Source: Candidatus Marinacidobacterales bacterium
Lineage (GTDB): Bacteria; Acidobacteriota; Vicinamibacteria; Marinacidobacterales; DATDRI01
Reading direction: 5' to 3'
Length of the DNA stretch: 64,000 nt
Assembly: GCA_965219415.1 (NCBI GenBank)
Contig: OZ244742.1
Span: forward strand, 1,184,001 to 1,248,000
Part shown: in pieces, positions 21,518 through 32,640 of the stretch
Numbering within the stretch: the stretch's first letter is position 1
Layout of the letters: the number at the start of each line of letters is the position of its first letter
Made by a program: the position numbers and the translations under genes
Notes under the pieces: model-generated
Database searches by the model: none
Seen by the model: the letters and a program-made list of their open reading frames with translations, nothing else
Told to the model about the DNA's origin: nothing

Positions 21518-21629
21518 TTTTCGAAGGTTTCTTTGTGTCCGGGAACTAGGAGAGTCGCCGGCCCGTCATGTCCGTCCCAGACTGTGGCCCAAGTATACCT
21601 CTATGCTTGAGTGGAGATGGGGATCGAAC

Positions 21630-22346
21630 CTAAGTGTAGCTCACGGCGTTAAGGAGATAGCGGATTTCCGCCTCGACCTGATCCTCGCTCGCCACGGTGT
21701 CGGCGACTTCATCTCGCAACACTTGGCCGAAGCGGCGGCGCAAACGATGGACGCCTGTCTTAACAGCACCTTCGCTCGTCCCAAGCTCTTCCGCGGCGAG
21801 CTTGTAGGGTAGCTGAGGTTCCTCGCCCAAGAGGTAGGGTTTGAACTGCTCCAGTTGATCCGTCTTCCCCGCTTTGGTGAGCTCGAGAACTAGGCGGTCA
21901 TAGACGCGCTTGAGAAGACGCTTCGCCCATTGCCGCTCGTAGAGCTTCTCTGGCGTCAACCCATCTGCCGGCTCCACAAGATAACGGCGTTCTGCCTTGT
22001 CTGTATCGAGTGAAAGGTGTAGCTCGCCGCCGCCTCGTTTCTGCGCGTGGGCTTTGTCCCATTCGTTGGCGAGAAAATGTTTCAGCGATGCCAACAAGAA
22101 CGAGCGGAACCGCCCGTCTTCCTGGCGGACTTCTCTCAAATAATCTTTCTCTAGAATACGCAGAAAATAGGCTTGCGTCAGATCGGCGGCCTGGTCAGGT
22201 TCGTAACCCATCCGCCTGACGAAGGCGTACAACGGATACCAATACGCTTGGCAGAGGTTGCCGAGAGCCTCTCGACCCTCGGGGGTGCGTTTGTTTCCCG
22301 CAGCGAGGACCAAACTCCAGTTGGTGGTGTGGAATCTCTGGTTCAT
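21630..22346 (-). CDS. ECF sigma factor of the kinase-associated type
   Basis: FHTTNWSLV, LCQAYWYPLYAFVRR, DLTQAYF, GRFRSFL, EGAVKTGVHRLRRR. Confidence 0.9.
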   Translation of the reverse strand: MNQRFHTTNWSLVLAAGNKRTPEGREALGNLCQAYWYPLYAFVRRMGYEPDQAADLTQAYFLRILEKDYLREVRQEDGRFRSFLLASLKHFLANEWDKAHAQKRGGGELHLSLDTDKAERRYLVEPADGLTPEKLYERQWAKRLLKRVYDRLVLELTKAGKTDQLEQFKPYLLGEEPQLPYKLAAEELGTSEGAVKTGVHRLRRRFGQVLRDEVADTVASEDQVEAEIRYLLNAVSYT

Positions 22347-22569
22347 TCGTGAGCCCTGGGGTGAAAAATGACGTTCAGTTCACGAGTTCACACTTTGAGC
22401 ATACCGACCGTTTCTCGTCAACGCAAAGAAAACATTAGGTTTGTCTCCCTAACCATCCTACCGCTCAAAGCAAGTCACCCGGCGCCCGTAACCTTTGCTC
22501 CGTTTTGCTTCTGTATGTAGTGGAGAGCGGGAAATGAAGGCGAAATCAAGCCATCCCAGGAGCTGACTA

Positions 22570-25442
22570 ATGAAACTCTTTCCTGTTAGGGCACTCTGCC
22601 TTGGTCTCTTCGTTCTGTTCGGCTCGCTGGCATATGCTCAGAACGGCAAAATCACCGGCAAAGTCACGGATGGCCAAGGCGGCGTGCTTCCCGGCGCCAC
22701 CGTCGTATCGAAGAATGTCGATACGGGGATGGGTTACACCTTGGCGACCAACGCCACGGGCACGTACGTGTTTCCCTCCCTTCCGCCAGGTGAGTACAAG
22801 GTGGCAGTCTCCATGTCTGGGTTCAGGACTTACGAGCTCAACGGGCTCCGGCTGAGAACAGGCCGCAGCCTCACAGTCGATGCTGCCCTTTCGTTATCCG
22901 GGGTCGAAGAAACCCTCACCGTCACCGCTGAGACTCCCTTGATCCAGACTCGAGAGTCGAAAGTCGGAGGCGTCGTCGACGACGTCCAAATCGAGAACGT
23001 ACCGATCAACACGCGCGACGTGCAGCAGCTCGCGCTTCTCGTCCCGGGAGCGAGAATCGCGAATACGTTCGACCCCACGAAGACGCGCGTCCCCGCCATC
23101 AGCTTCGGCACCAACGGCTCCGGCCGTGGGATCCTCTATCTACTCGATGGTGGCGATAACACCGATGAAGTTGTGGGTGGCATCGTGCAGCAGGTGTCGA
23201 TGGACTCGGTCCAGGAGTTCGAGGTCGTGATCTCGCGCATCAAGCCTGAGTTTGCCCGCGCCTCGGGGGGAGCCATTTCGATCGTTACCAAATCGGGAAC
23301 CAACGAGTTTCACGGCTCGCTCTTCGAGTTATTTCGCGACCGGAGCCTCAATGCGAGAACCGAGCAGGAGAACCTCGCCGACCTCGAGAAGGGTCCGTTC
23401 AGACGCCACCAGTTCGGGGGCAACTTGGGCAGCCCCATCGTTCGAGACAATGCTTTCTTTTTCGTGACCTACGAAACGATCGTCGAAGACGTCTTTTCGG
23501 TTCTGGGAGTTCCACCGGAAGTTGAAGCCCTCTACGACCCCAAATTCCTCAAGGAGCATGGGGGTCTCGGGAGAGTCGATCAACCCTACCGCCGCAGCTA
23601 CTTGTCGGCGAAATACACACAGCAATTCAACGCGCAAAACCGGCTCGATGTTCGTTTCGCGCTCGAGGACAACCAGCGCGAGGGTGATCACGTCGGCGGC
23701 GGACCAAGGGGTCAACCGGACCCGTGACAACTCGACGATTCAGACCAACGATCTATGGAGCATTCTTGGGCGGGTGCAGACGATCGTGGGTACGCAAGGG
23801 CTCAACGAGCTCGTCTTCCAGGCCAGCGATTGGACCAACATCATCCTGGGTGTACGACAACCCGACTTCCAGACAAGTGTACCCAACTTTGACTTTCCGA
23901 GCCTGGTGGTTGGGCAGAACGGAATCGCTCCGCAAAGGACGTTCCAGCGGAAATACCAGTTCCGGGATACGTTCTCCTACTCACTCGATAACCACGATAT
24001 CAAGTTCGGCGGCGGCGTCCTGCGATGCGATCCCTGCGGGGGGGGAGTTATTCTCCAACGCGCCGTTCTTTGTCTACGCGAACGATGGTGACCCCATCGA
24101 CCAACCCCTGTGGTTCACGCGATTCGAGAAACTTCCCCCGATCGAGTTCCCCAACACGGTCTACGGTGGATTCATCCAAGACGATTGGCGTATCGGCGAG
24201 TCGCTGACTCTCAACCTCGGAATCCGCTACGACTATGAGCATGGCGCGTTATCGAACGTTCCTTACGGCGACACCGGGTTGCATCTCGTCGACGATCCCC
24301 GCAGCCCTTACTTCGGCCAGGGGAACTGCCGAGGAGAGTTCAACGGCGTCCCGAACGCCTTTTGCCTCGAAGACGACGGTGACAACTGGGCTCCGCGCAT
24401 CGGTTTCGCGTATGACATAGGAGCCCGCGGCGAGACGGTGGTCCGCGGAGGTTGGGGGCGCTTCTATGACAGGATCATCAGCAACGCCACGATCTTCACG
24501 TTCACCGATGCGATTGGAGTTCGCGGGATCTCCCTTTTCATGCCAAGCTTTGGACCCGACAATACGCCGCCTTTCGATGAACTCATCGAAAGCGGTGGGT
24601 TCGTGATCAATGGAGATAACATCGTGGCGCCTGGCTTTGAGCTCCCCTATTCGGACCAGTTCTCACTCGGCTTCAGTCACCAGATCACTCCGACTCTAGC
24701 CTTCGACGCCGATTACATTCGATCGAACGGGCGCGACCGCGGAAAGCGATTCGACCAAAACGAAAGGTCCGTCCCCTTTGACCAATCCTCTCGCCTGTTC
24801 TCCCCAGACGTACGCGGTCGTGTCCGCGTCATCGACTCTATTGGCGTAGATGCCTACGACGGACTCCAACTCTCTTTTCGAAAACGTTATGGGAACAACC
24901 TGCAATTCACGCTCAACTACACTCTCGCCGATCTGCGAGGAAACTCCGAGACCGGATTCAGTGGAAGTGAGGAAGCCGAATGTATTCCCTGCATTGGGGA
25001 TGACCGGGATATCGGCCCCTACCGGAACGATACGCGGCACAACTTCATTGGAAGTTTTATTGCCACACTTCCGTCAGACTTTCAGGCCTCCATGCTTGTC
25101 ATGATGGAAAGCGGCCGGGCGCGAACCGCGGAGTCGGTCTTCGACTTGAACGGAAACGGACGCCGCAAGGACTTCACGCCAGGCCCCACCGGCGAACCCG
25201 CAGGAAGAGGCAATTTCCGCGGCGAGCCGGTCTACAATTTCGACCTGCGGGTTGCGAAGTTCTTCCGGTTCGGCGGCCAGAAGGAGCTCCAGGCCATCTT
25301 CGAGGTGTTCAACGTCTTCAATCGCGTGCAAAGGCAACGCCACTTCGAGGAAGTGTTCGAATCACCCAACTTCGGTGAATGGGACGGCAGCGTCGCGCTT
25401 CCGCAGCGCCAAATACAGCTCGGGGTCCGATTTACTTTCTAG
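22570..25442 (+). pseudogene. Oar-type TonB-dependent receptor with two frameshifts
   Basis: Signal peptide, GKVTDGQGGVLPGATV, VTKSGTNEFHGS, FIQDDW..LNLGIRY, RQIQLGVRFTF end; frames shift near 23700 and at the G8 run 24038-24045. Confidence 0.9.
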
Positions 25443-25546
25443 AGCGGCCCGAGCCCTTCTCCTCTCTACGCCTACTTGTAGTATCGTAGGCTTGTCGAGA
25501 GACGTCCCTCTCGCAAACCAATTCTTTGATCCGGAGGAGTAAACGG

Positions 25547-28000
25547 GTGCAATCTAATCGCTTCCTGAGCCTTGCTGCCCTCACTGTTCTAACCCTTTCG
25601 CTCACGGCTTGGCCGCAGGGAGCCAGGGCACAAGCCCAGCAAGACGGGACCGGCTGGCCGCAGTTCCGAGGACACAACGTCGACGGCATCTCGACCGAAC
25701 GGGCCGTCTTCTCGAACCCGCCCGAGTTCAGCCTCGAGATCGCTTGGAAAAAGTCCATCGGTAGTGGCTATTCGGGAATCGCCATCGCCAACGGGCTGGG
25801 TGTGACGATGTTCGAGGCGGGAGAAGCCAGCGTGGTCGTGGCGTTCGATGCGGCGACCGGGGAAGAACAATGGCGCTTCGAGATCGGTCCCCGTCATCAA
25901 GGGCTCAATGGCTCATATGACGGTCCCATCTCAACTCCCCTTATAACCGGAAATATCGTGGTCGCCCTCGATCCGTGGGGGCGGTTGGTCGGTCTCGATG
26001 TGTTGGCCGGTGAGCTGGTGTGGTCGATCGATCTCCCGAAGGAGCTCGAGTCCAAGAGGCCCCTCTACGGCTATTCGACGTCACCGATTCTCTTCGACGG
26101 TACGGTCGTAGTACAGATCGGGTCGCCAGATGCCGCGGTCGCAGGACTGGATCCAGAGACCGGGAAGCGATTATGGACGGCTGGCGCCGACGAGATCGGT
26201 TATCAGAGTCCGGTGGCGCTCACGACAAACGGCCGCCGTCAAGCAATCGCCGCCGGTCAGAAGAAGTTGATGTCCATCGATCCATCGACCGGCAGACTTC
26301 TCTGGGAATACGACCACGGTGGCGGGGGCATCATCGGTGCCGCAAGCCTGGTCCCCGTCGCCGCCGGCCAGGACAGGCTGTTCCTCGCCAACAAAGACCA
26401 GTCGTCCAAACTCGTCGAGCTGACCGAGGACGCGAACGGCGTAGTCGCCCACGAGAAGTGGCAGAATAGGACAATACGCAACAGCTACACCGTGCCGCTC
26501 TACCATGATGGCTATGTCTATGGGTTCAGTAGCCGGTTCCTCACTTGCGTCGACGCTGCCACGGGACAAGCCGCGTGGAGATCGCGGCCGCCCGGCGATG
26601 GCTTCGTGATCCTCGTTGACGGACACTTGGTCATCCTGACGAAGAACGGCAGCGTACATGTCGCAAGAGCGAGTCCCGAGAGCTACCAGGAAGTAGCGAG
26701 CCTCCAGCTATTCGAAGACCTTGCCTGGACACCGCCGGCTTTCGCCGATGGCCACATTTACGTTAGGAGCCTCGGCGAACTGGCGCGGGTGGACATCCGG
26801 CCGATGACGATCCTGGCCGAGGCAGAAGCCGCTCCGAAGGATATGGCTCCTCCCCAGGAACGGTTCCAGCAGTTCTTGGTCGACGTCGCCAAGATGGAAC
26901 GACCGGAGGACAAGCGAGCCGTCGTCGATCGTTTTCTTGATTCCATCGAACAGTTCCCCTTCATCGAAGGGGAGAATCGTGTTCACTTCATCTACCGCGG
27001 GCCCGGAGAGGACCTCGCCATCGGCGGGGACATGGTCGGATCGCGTCAGGAAAGCCCTATGGCCCGAGTGAAAGGGACGGACCTGTTTTACTACTCGACC
27101 GAGCTCGAGCCGGACGCCCGGGTAAACTACCTCTTCATTCGGGACTACGAGGAGATCACCGACACCCGCAACCCGAGATCGACGACCACCGGCATCTACG
27201 GGCCGGATATGGAACTCACCGGAAGTGACGACAACCCCATGGCGATGTCATGGGTGGCCATGCCCCGCTGGCAGGCGCCCTCCCATTTGGCGGAACCTCC
27301 TGCCGATGCATCGCGCGGCCGCATCGTGACCCACGAATTGGAGAGCAAGGTCTACGAGGAATCGCACAAGGTTCACATCTATCTACCGGCGGGTTACGAG
27401 GAGACCAACACTCGCTACCCGGTTGCCTATTACCACAGCGGTCGCGGCGCACTCGAAAGAGGCGAGGTGCCCAAAAGCTTGGACAACCTGCTGGGCAAGA
27501 AGGTTGCGCCCTTCGTCGCGGTCTTCATCGAGCGCGACTCGGAGTTTTTTCCGACCAAATACGTCGACATGTGGTCAGACGAGGTCGTGCCTTTCATCGA
27601 TGGAAACTACCGAACCATCGCTACGCCGGAGGGACGCGCCAATATAGCCGGCGGCTTCGCTGGATTCCATGCGCTCTATCTCACAGTCAAGCGGCCGGGT
27701 ATCGTCGGCAAGGTCGCCGTACAATCCGTCGCGTTCTTGGATTTCCAATTAGTTCCGTTCGAAGGCCTCGTGCGCACCGCCGCCGAGCAGCCCCTCGACA
27801 TCTATATCGAGTGGGGTACCCACGACATGCAGAATCCTCAAGAGGCTTGGGACATCCGCGACGCGGATCGCAAACTCGTAGAGTTCCTAACCAGTCGCGG
27901 CTACTCCGTCGCCGGAGGCGAGGTGCACGATGGTACGGGATGGTCGAGCTGGAAGAACCGCACCGACCGTGTGTTGGAAAGCTTGTTCCCGCTCGATTGA
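25547..28000 (+). CDS. PQQ-like beta-propeller fused to an enterochelin-esterase-like (Fes) domain
   Basis: Signal peptide, WPQFRG, repeated DAxTGxxxW; VHFIYRG, IYLPAGY...YPV; GGAGGAG RBS before GTG at 25547. Confidence 0.85.
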   Translation: MQSNRFLSLAALTVLTLSLTAWPQGARAQAQQDGTGWPQFRGHNVDGISTERAVFSNPPEFSLEIAWKKSIGSGYSGIAIANGLGVTMFEAGEASVVVAFDAATGEEQWRFEIGPRHQGLNGSYDGPISTPLITGNIVVALDPWGRLVGLDVLAGELVWSIDLPKELESKRPLYGYSTSPILFDGTVVVQIGSPDAAVAGLDPETGKRLWTAGADEIGYQSPVALTTNGRRQAIAAGQKKLMSIDPSTGRLLWEYDHGGGGIIGAASLVPVAAGQDRLFLANKDQSSKLVELTEDANGVVAHEKWQNRTIRNSYTVPLYHDGYVYGFSSRFLTCVDAATGQAAWRSRPPGDGFVILVDGHLVILTKNGSVHVARASPESYQEVASLQLFEDLAWTPPAFADGHIYVRSLGELARVDIRPMTILAEAEAAPKDMAPPQERFQQFLVDVAKMERPEDKRAVVDRFLDSIEQFPFIEGENRVHFIYRGPGEDLAIGGDMVGSRQESPMARVKGTDLFYYSTELEPDARVNYLFIRDYEEITDTRNPRSTTTGIYGPDMELTGSDDNPMAMSWVAMPRWQAPSHLAEPPADASRGRIVTHELESKVYEESHKVHIYLPAGYEETNTRYPVAYYHSGRGALERGEVPKSLDNLLGKKVAPFVAVFIERDSEFFPTKYVDMWSDEVVPFIDGNYRTIATPEGRANIAGGFAGFHALYLTVKRPGIVGKVAVQSVAFLDFQLVPFEGLVRTAAEQPLDIYIEWGTHDMQNPQEAWDIRDADRKLVEFLTSRGYSVAGGEVHDGTGWSSWKNRTDRVLESLFPLD

Positions 28001-28023
28001 CGGCGTCTCTGCTCAGGAAATGT

Positions 28024-28722
28024 TCAGGAAGCCGAGGACTCAGCCCTGAGGCGTCGGACCCGAGCCGCGTAGGAGCGTGCGGCGCTCTCTTCATCCAGGC
28101 GGAGGAACTGCGCGTACTGTCGGACAAAATTCTTGAGATAAATCTCCACCGGTAGACGGTCCAGCCTCTCTTCTTCGATATAGCCGAGCATGGTCACACC
28201 AATCTTCGTCTCGTGAGAGATGGAGCGAAGATCCACCCCCGCCGCTTCGCGTGCCTTCTTGAGGAAAGCGCCCGACGCTTCTTCCTTGATACCTAGGGTG
28301 ACCTTGGGACGTTCGGGAGGCTCCTCGGATCGCGCCGGAATCTCCACCAATCGAGGGTAGGCCATCTCGGGAGCCGCGGAGGACCCCGATATCGAAGGCT
28401 TGGGCGAAGTTGTCGCGGCAACCCCTGCCGGAATTTCCGGGATTGTCGGCGCCGGTTCAGGACTCGTTGACCTGGCACGACTCGAGAGGCGCTGATCGTA
28501 GAGGCGTCGGCTGTCCTCGGCAACGAGCGTGTGGTAGGCCTCGGTGACGCGCTCGAGGATCTGTCGCCGCTCTTCCGGAGTCAGGATGGCGGCCGAAACG
28601 ACCGACTCGCTTGCGTAAACGTCGCGAGCTCGCTCATAGGCGGCTTGGATCTCTTCCGTCGTGGCGCGGTCGTTGATCTCGAGGACTTCGTAGTAGTTCT
28701 GGTCCGAGGGACGGTCCAACAT
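28024..28722 (-). CDS. DnaJ-like domain plus RodZ-type HTH protein
   Basis: NYYEVLEI...EIQAAY...EAYHTL...RRLYD without HPD; C-terminal LKKAREAAG...TKIG...YLKNFVRQYA. Confidence 0.8.
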   Translation of the reverse strand: MLDRPSDQNYYEVLEINDRATTEEIQAAYERARDVYASESVVSAAILTPEERRQILERVTEAYHTLVAEDSRRLYDQRLSSRARSTSPEPAPTIPEIPAGVAATTSPKPSISGSSAAPEMAYPRLVEIPARSEEPPERPKVTLGIKEEASGAFLKKAREAAGVDLRSISHETKIGVTMLGYIEEERLDRLPVEIYLKNFVRQYAQFLRLDEESAARSYAARVRRLRAESSAS

Positions 28723-28734
28723 AGTCGAACCGAG

Positions 28735-29757
28735 CTAGCCCGACCCGTTGCCGTTGGCGCCGTTCTTGATGGACGGGCTGGACGACTGGAGAAGATTCAC
28801 CGCCGCCTTCTCGAGACTCTGACCCGCCTCGGAGTCCGGGAACACCAACATGAAGGGTTTCTTTCGGCGGTTGGCTTGCCAGACGACGTCTTCATATTTA
28901 ATCGCGCCCAAACACTCGACCTCGATCCCCAGGTGCTTGCGACACACACTGGCCATCGAAGAACCTAGCCGCTCGTCTTCGGGGTAGCGAATCTGGTTGA
29001 TGATCAGGCGGGGACGAAACGATCTGGCCCTCGCCTTGAGAGCCTGCCCCGCCGCCTCGTCCTTCTTCTCCACCGCCTCGAGGAGATCGAACGGCGTGCG
29101 AATCCCTCGACGATTCTTTTCGTCCATCGCTTCCTCGATGACGGCACGCACTCCGCTGCCCTTTACGGCCGACCACAGATGGCGATAGAAACTCATCTTG
29201 AGAAAGCGATAAGCGTTCTCGATCGAGCTCGGCTCGGGAACGACGACTAGAAGGCCCGCTTCTGCCAGCAGGAAAAAGTCGGCGATATTGAACGAAATTC
29301 CGGCACCGATGTCCAGGAAGATGTAGTCGGCTTTGATACTTCGGATCTTGTTCAACAGACGCGTCTTTTGAAAGTACTTGAGGTTGGATGCGGTCAGATG
29401 GTCGTAGGCACCACTGATGAGCCCGAGGTTCGGGACGCCGGTCTCCATGATGACGTCTTCGATAGTAGAGACACGGCGGCTGATGAAGTCTCCGAGGCCT
29501 ACTTTGGGCGCGCTGAGGCCCAAGGCGGTATGGAGATTGGCTCCCCCAAGATCCGCATCGATGAGGACGACGCGGCGCCCTCTTCGCGCGAGGCAGATGC
29601 CCAGGCTGCTGGTGATGAGGCTCTTGCCGATGCCTCCTTTGCCACCCCCGACCGCCACGATGGACCGGCCCGGTGGTACGGGGTTCTCGTCCCCGGTTCG
29701 CTTCAGGCTTACCGCGGCTGGGACGACCTCGGCCACAGCACCGCCCCCGGCACCCAT
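28735..29757 (-). CDS. MinD/FlhG-like ParA family ATPase (start uncertain)
   Basis: GGGKGGIGKS deviant Walker A, IDADLGGANL, DIGAG, PEPSSIENAY. Confidence 0.88.
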   Translation of the reverse strand: MGAGGGAVAEVVPAAVSLKRTGDENPVPPGRSIVAVGGGKGGIGKSLITSSLGICLARRGRRVVLIDADLGGANLHTALGLSAPKVGLGDFISRRVSTIEDVIMETGVPNLGLISGAYDHLTASNLKYFQKTRLLNKIRSIKADYIFLDIGAGISFNIADFFLLAEAGLLVVVPEPSSIENAYRFLKMSFYRHLWSAVKGSGVRAVIEEAMDEKNRRGIRTPFDLLEAVEKKDEAAGQALKARARSFRPRLIINQIRYPEDERLGSSMASVCRKHLGIEVECLGAIKYEDVVWQANRRKKPFMLVFPDSEAGQSLEKAAVNLLQSSSPSIKNGANGNGSG

Positions 29758-30190
29758 GGCGGCGGCGCTCAAGCGGGATTCTTCATGCCGCGCCCCCGGG
29801 CCGTCTAGCAGGCCTCGGGAGACACCGAACCCACTCGCTGACAGTTGACTCTTTGGGTTGGAGCCCAATCTCCCCCCCACGGAAGGCTTTTCGGGAAAAA
29901 CCGCTCCCGGCGGCTTCATGTTTCGATTCCGGAATCTAGAAGAAGGATGACGGCTACGAACCAAACTGTATCAGAGGTTGGGCTTAGGGTCAATAGGCGT
30001 CTGGCGCCGCCTAAACAGGCAATCACGTCAAATGACGCCTGAACGACGACATTCCCGCCTGGGAGCTCGATGAAGGCACCGCCGTGTTTCGCGACGCTAG
30101 AACTTAGGAGCTTCCCCACACGAATCAGGGAGAAACCGACCAGATCCCCGTCAGGAAAACTTTTTGTTGCAACAACTTAGCGGAATAGGC

Positions 30191-31564
30191 TCATTGCGTG
30201 GACGGTCCCCCTGGCATGGAGAGCACCGCGGGCACTGGGACCCCGTTGACCGCGGCAGGCTCGAAGTCGGCGCGGACGATGGCCATCAACATAAGAGGCA
30301 TCGGACCCTGGCCACTACCGGACAACTGCGCAGCTACCACGTTACCCTCGTGGTCGATGAGGAGCGCCAGGCCACTCTCTTCCGCGTCCCTCCGAGAACG
30401 GATCCAGCTGGGCCGCGCGATTTCCTTCTTGACGGTCGGCGGCTGGTAATTGGCGTCTTTCGCCTCCACCGCCCGAAGGGCCACCACGAAGGGTGCGGCG
30501 TCGTGGAGGAGGTAGTCAATATCGTCGCTGAAGGCGGAGCGGAACTCCTGTTGAGACCTCTGGAGGTCGGAATTGATCGCATAGAGATAGCCCAGTTGTA
30601 GATGCGCCTCGGTGTCCTTCGGATGCAACTCAACGAGAGCCTCGAAAAGCCCCAGTGCGTCCTCCAGGTTTCCGGCCAATGCGTGCGCGCGTGCAAGGAG
30701 GCGCAGGGCGCGCGTCTTGTCCGGCGCCGCCTGAAGCACCTCACCCAACCGATCGATCGCATCGTCGTAATTCCGCTGTGCCAACAAGGCTTCGCCAATG
30801 AGGAGCTGCGATTCGAGCCGCTCGGCGTCCGAAGAAGGCAGGAACGTGGCGAGCCAATTGATCGCCGACTCGTACTTACCTTCTTCGATGTAGACGCGCG
30901 ATTTCTCGATAGGGTCCTCGACTCCGATGAATTCCAAGACCGGCTCCGGCCGGGTGGGCTTGAGCGCGAAGTGGCGGGCGGCCTCGATGCCCCCTCGTGA
31001 GAGGCTAGCCGCGAACTTCGGATAGTTTTCTTCGATTCGCGAAAGGGTTTGCTCGTACTCATCCACGACACGCCAATTGTGCCCCTTGTGCACGATCCCG
31101 GTCTGGTTGACGCCAGCGGTAATGGTTCCGATATAAACCGGCCGATCCGCCGGAACCTCGAAGGTCGGGAACTTTTCGTCGCCCCGGGGTGAGACATAGA
31201 AACGCTGCTTTACAGGCCGGAACTTTTGCGGATCCATGGCCGTGCCGCGGGGAAAGTAGGTGGCCTCGATGCCGGTGATCCGATATCGGCCGGGTGGAAT
31301 GAGCTCTTCGATGTACCCCAGACCGTCCGTAATATCTAGGTATTGAGATTTTTCGGTCCCTACCTCGATCAGTTTGATCCGACGTCCCTTGAACTGGGGT
31401 CCCGAGAACTGTCCCTCGAACCGGCCGAGGACAACAGACCGCTTCTTCGAGGCCACATCGTCCCAGGATCGATCTCGCTTGAGGTCCTGCGCGAGGGCCG
31501 GCCAAGCCGTGGCCATGGCGATCAAGGCTCCGCACGTCATCACGACCTTAGCTAATTTTGGCAT
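30191..31564 (-). CDS. Exported TPR protein with C-terminal TonB-C-like domain
   Basis: Signal peptide, TPR helices, LIDHEGNV...FEPAAVNGVPV. Confidence 0.75.
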   Translation of the reverse strand: MPKLAKVVMTCGALIAMATAWPALAQDLKRDRSWDDVASKKRSVVLGRFEGQFSGPQFKGRRIKLIEVGTEKSQYLDITDGLGYIEELIPPGRYRITGIEATYFPRGTAMDPQKFRPVKQRFYVSPRGDEKFPTFEVPADRPVYIGTITAGVNQTGIVHKGHNWRVVDEYEQTLSRIEENYPKFAASLSRGGIEAARHFALKPTRPEPVLEFIGVEDPIEKSRVYIEEGKYESAINWLATFLPSSDAERLESQLLIGEALLAQRNYDDAIDRLGEVLQAAPDKTRALRLLARAHALAGNLEDALGLFEALVELHPKDTEAHLQLGYLYAINSDLQRSQQEFRSAFSDDIDYLLHDAAPFVVALRAVEAKDANYQPPTVKKEIARPSWIRSRRDAEESGLALLIDHEGNVVAAQLSGSGQGPMPLMLMAIVRADFEPAAVNGVPVPAVLSMPGGPSTQ

Positions 31565-31641
31565 GTACCCTCCTCGCTGACAGGCGTATGGATACCTCGT
31601 ACCACTCGAGCCGGCCGGCCGCAAGTGCGCCCCGTCACCGA

Positions 31642-32556
31642 CTAGCGACGTCGTATCGCCCGCAACCGATTCAGGGTGCTGGACGTCTTCTGCGCATCGG
31701 GATTGCTCTTGTCCGGAAACATCTGGTACGCCTTGGTAAGCGTCTGCTCGGCGAGCGAGTAGTGTTGCTCCTCGAAGTATTCGTGACCGATGCGACTATA
31801 GAGCGAAGCGATCTCTCCTTGCAGCGTCGGGTCCTCGCCCCGCACCATCTGAGCCAGCTCGAGTTGGTCAATGGCTTCTTCGTATCGCCCGTTCTGCAAA
31901 GCCAAGAAGCGACCGTACGCCGTGTAGTACTCAGGAGCTATGTCCGGATTGATCTTTGCAGCATCCACCGCTGCTTTGTAAGCCACTTCGGCGTCTTCCA
32001 CTTGTCCCAAACGCTCCAGGAAGGAAGCGTAGCATCTTTGTAACTCCGGCTGCTTCGGATCGATGGTCACCACCTTCTCGTAGGCCTCGCGAGCCAACCG
32101 CTGCGCCTCGGGCTCTCGACTCTTTCGGCGACGACGCTTGGTCGGCACGCGACGGGCATAGAGATCGCCGATGCCCATCGCGGCGTCGGCGTATCGGGGG
32201 TTCAACGTGAGCGCGGTATTGAAAGCAGCCAGACTCTGCGCTTCCTCGGAACTCAAATCGGAAGTCGGATCGACAGTCGCGGCGCTGGCAGCGGCAAGGC
32301 CGAGGTAGCAGCGCCCCACGTAGTAGAACGCGTCGGCGTTGCCGGGCTCGGTGAGGGTGACGGTTTGGAGTTGATCGGCGGCAGCTTGAAGCTGCCCAGA
32401 TTCGTAGAGATCGATCGCGCCCTGAAACTCAGGCGATCTTTGATTGCCCGCATCTGCCCCGCCGCCCCCGAGGATCTGCTCGCGAAGCGCCTCGATCTGA
32501 TCGCAGGCGGACACCAATCCCAGCACCAAAAGCCATGGAGCGACCATCCGTCGCAT
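31642..32556 (-). CDS. TPR lipoprotein
   Basis: Lipobox VSAC; TPR repeats. Confidence 0.8.
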   Translation of the reverse strand: MRRMVAPWLLVLGLVSACDQIEALREQILGGGGADAGNQRSPEFQGAIDLYESGQLQAAADQLQTVTLTEPGNADAFYYVGRCYLGLAAASAATVDPTSDLSSEEAQSLAAFNTALTLNPRYADAAMGIGDLYARRVPTKRRRRKSREPEAQRLAREAYEKVVTIDPKQPELQRCYASFLERLGQVEDAEVAYKAAVDAAKINPDIAPEYYTAYGRFLALQNGRYEEAIDQLELAQMVRGEDPTLQGEIASLYSRIGHEYFEEQHYSLAEQTLTKAYQMFPDKSNPDAQKTSSTLNRLRAIRRR

Positions 32557-32640
32557 ATGCTTCTACAGTAACCCCGATGCGACATAAAACGAAGCAAGCA
32601 CATCGACTCGCACCGAGGCTAACCGACACTCCGGCAAGGA

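Noticed and set aside
21611-21630. Minus-strand GGTTCGATCCCCATCTCCAC resembling a tRNA-Ala 3' end or att remnant
   Set aside because: T-stem does not pair, 3 nt are missing, no CCA and no integrase nearby; likely chance
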